DNA of 64,000 bases from Ignavibacteriota bacterium (GTDB taxonomy: Bacteria; Bacteroidota; Ignavibacteria; UBA10030; UBA6906): NCBI GenBank assembly GCA_016707525.1, contig JADJHP010000003.1:76677-140676 (forward strand). Direction: 5' to 3'. A program made the translations under genes and the position numbers. This document shows, piece after piece, positions 61,659 through 64,000 of this stretch. The notes beneath the pieces were generated by a model. That model worked only from the letters and a program-made list of their open reading frames with translations. It searched no databases and was not told the origin of the DNA. Each line of letters starts with the position of its first letter. Position 1 is the first letter of the stretch.

Positions 61659-61665
61659 TACCAGG

Positions 61666-64000
61666 CTACTTCACAACCAACCGATACGTCTCGATCGCCT
61701 GATGTCCGACGGGTACCGATATACGGTTCCCGCTCTGGTTCATGGGACCGACTTTCACCTCAATGATGTCCGTCGAGAACGATGCCTTCGCTTCGAATGG
61801 AAGCCCAATGCGGGCCGTCGCGCTCTCCCTGTCCGCCTCGTAGAGCCGGAGGATCACATCATCGTTGTCTTCCGCCTTCTTCATCGTGCTCAGCACGATA
61901 TTGTCCGCCTCCACCGAGAGAAAACTCTTCGATCCGGGAAGCGTCCCGCCCGCATGACCGGGATCGAGCACGACCGCTGTCAGCGGAGAATTCGCCTCGA
62001 CGCCGAACCGGCGCCCGTTTCTCCATCCGGGTTGATGCGATGTGAGAGAGAATCGGAAATCATGATCGCCGGTCTGCGGATACCAGTTGCCTTCCCAGTG
62101 GCAGCTCTTCCGGGAGGCCAGGAGGATCGGCTGCAGCAACGTCGCGGTATCCGTGCTGTCGGTCGGATTCCGATAATCCCATACGGCGACGCTTGAGCTC
62201 AACGTGATCCCGAGGTCATTGTCCGAGGCGTTGATCCAGTTCTGGATCGTGCGCGGACGGACGCCCGGAGCCGGACTGGTATACCGCTCTCCCGGCGCAC
62301 CGCGCATTTCGTCCTTCCCTATCTCGACCGTTTCGAACGGTGCTTCGTACGCAACCGTGCCCCGGTTGACGTTCACCGGGAACGCCAGACGGAACTCGCG
62401 GTAGTGCGTTCCATCCCATCCAAGCAGCGATGTTGAGAAGTCGATCTGCCTGAGGGCATGATACAGAGTGATCCGCTGTACCACGGTCGTGTGCTCGATC
62501 GGCTGGCGGAGTTCAAGTACATCTCTGACCGGTCCCTGCTCAAGGACATACCAGCGCGAGGGATGATTGCTCATCCTGTCGAATCCCTCCATCGTCGGAT
62601 ATTGGGGGTCAGCCCATTCTCCCGCATCCTCGCCGATCGACTGCATCGTGAAAAGTTCGCCTCCAAGAAACGCCGAGCGTGCCAGCAAATTCTTTCCGAG
62701 CTTCTTGTCGGTTATCTGCTTCACGCCGCCAGGCGCGAGGGCGATGCGGTAGTGCTCGTTCTCAATGATGCTGGGGGCCGGCGCATTCGCCGGCGAACCG
62801 GAAACCGCATTGCCACCGACAACCCGGTACGTCGCATACCCGATGGAGGGGACCCCGGCGGCGATGAAGGTGATCTCGGCGCTCCGTATGCTTCCATCGT
62901 CAAAGCGCTCGAGTCTGCTCACCTGAGCCGGGATCACTTCTCCCCCTGTCCCCTGATCCCCACTCCCTTCTTGAACATCCCCTTGGCCGGTTCCACCGTG
63001 CACGTCACTGCCCCTGTCCGCTTCCAGCTGAGCCGATTGAAGACCACAACGGGGATACCTCCCTTCGTGTCCCTCCTCACCATCTTTGCGATATTCTTCG
63101 TGGCTTCGCCATAGATCTCTTTGGACATATCGCGGGCCGTCCGGTACTTCGCCAGGAAGGTACTATCCGTGACGTCGCCGTTCTTGCCGCCCCATCCGTG
63201 ATCAGGATAGAGCTGCGCTTCCCACGCCGCCGTCAGGCGCGCGGCGGGGTAGCCGGAGAACGAACGGGCGAGAAGTGCACCGATCGTGGAGAAGGTCTCC
63301 GCCGCGGTGAGGTACGTGTCCGCCTCCCGCTTGGCGTCGATCGCCCAATGATGGGTCGGCCCGTGAATATACAGCCAGATGTTCGGCCGTTCCCCGCGGA
63401 TCTCCGGGAAGGAGCGGCCTTCCTTTGCGACCTGATCCAGCCACCCGGCTGCCGTCGAGTACTGCAGGGCAGGCAGACGGAGGGGTTGACTCTCGCCGGA
63501 TTCCGACGTGATGGAACTCAGGCTGTTCCAGGTGTGCATGAAGTCGCCATAGTTGATCGGGGCGCTCATGTCACTCATCGAGATCACAGGGATGGCTCTG
63601 GTGCCATTGGGAATGCCGACGGCCCAATCGCGGGAGAACGATGCGAGAAACCCTGCAGCCTCGTGGAACGGCTTCCCGAGCGAGCGTTCGATGAAGAGTG
63701 CATAGTGCGCAGGACTGAAAACAGTGATCGACGAGCTGTCGTAACTCTTCCAGGTGTACAGTCCTTTTTCCTGACGGCTCACGATGAGCGCCGGGACGCC
63801 GGCCTTCGCCATCACCTGGGGCATCTGTCCGGCCCGCCCCGGGACGTCCGGGTTCCATGCAACTCGCGAATCGCATCCGGGGAAATTCGTCAGGAGCCAT
63901 TTCTTACCCGCGTAGAACTGGCGGACCAGCATTTCGCCCGAGCAGAGATCTTCGTACGGCATATTGTAGCTGGCGCCGATACCGAGCCGTCCGTCGGCGA
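61666..64000 (-). pseudogene. GH38 alpha-mannosidase, 5' end beyond the window, interrupted by a frameshift at the C5 run 62942..62946
   Basis: The upstream frame (62934..64000, open to the window edge: ..DGRLGIGASYNMPYEDLCSGEMLVRQF..) and the downstream ORF 61666..63003 together form a GH38 central and C-terminal region. Adding one G to GGACAGGGGGAG gives ..GIRGQGGEVIPAQVSRLE... Confidence 0.75.

Noticed and set aside
56558-61665. tRNA-Asn as an integration site for the lower-GC islet.
   Set aside because: A native-looking, GC-rich protease gene lies between the tRNA and the islet. I saw no direct repeat of the tRNA 3' end and no integrase gene. Kept only as a remark inside the islet finding.

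Overview
High-GC, densely coded bacterial chromosome segment, mostly transcribed on the minus strand. A C-terminal T9SS sorting domain on one secreted protease suggests an FCB-group organism (inference only). All calls come from reading the translated ORFs and the DNA; no searches were run.

Gene content, left to right:
- Partial Rrf2 regulator and a dienelactone hydrolase bracketed by GC-rich palindromic repeats.
- Nine-gene heme operon: hemX-like, then hemA-C-D-E-H-Y-B-L.
- acs.
- An orphan GvpL/GvpF-like protein with a Pro-rich repeat region.
- A six-gene operon: ECF sigma factor, zinc-finger anti-sigma factor and four small cysteine-motif proteins.
- A frameshifted amino-acid permease, an AI-2E transporter, a cNMP-binding protein and a REC-first hybrid histidine kinase.
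- A secreted protein co-transcribed with a Tat-signal aldo/keto reductase that carries an Fe-S domain; an acyl-CoA ligase.
- A trpE-G-D-C-F-aroF-B-A operon.
- A 1466-aa dual-sensor hybrid kinase.
- A glycan-utilisation cluster: GH2+GH127-like fusion, MFS sugar porter, NPCBM-GH27, beta-helix/TIM-barrel protein, OMP_b-brl_3-like receptor and GH38.
- A His-rich NicO-like metal transporter, mgtE and tRNA-Asn.
- An M6 protease fused to a beta-propeller and a T9SS domain.
- A visibly lower-GC islet with an AAA+/DUF4143 ATPase.

Most notable observations:
- An unannotated 27-codon leader ORF with three consecutive Trp codons, plus a terminator/antiterminator, upstream of trpE.
- The orphan GvpL/F-like gene.
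- A palindromic repeat family whose tandem copy supplies the hemL 3' end and stop codon.
- A 40-bp AT-rich perfect palindrome that places TAA in all six frames between convergent genes.
- Four genes interrupted by single-base frameshifts, three of them at short homopolymer runs; this may be assembly error.

No CRISPR array, rRNA or recognisable transposase/integrase was seen. I found no clearly novel multi-gene system.
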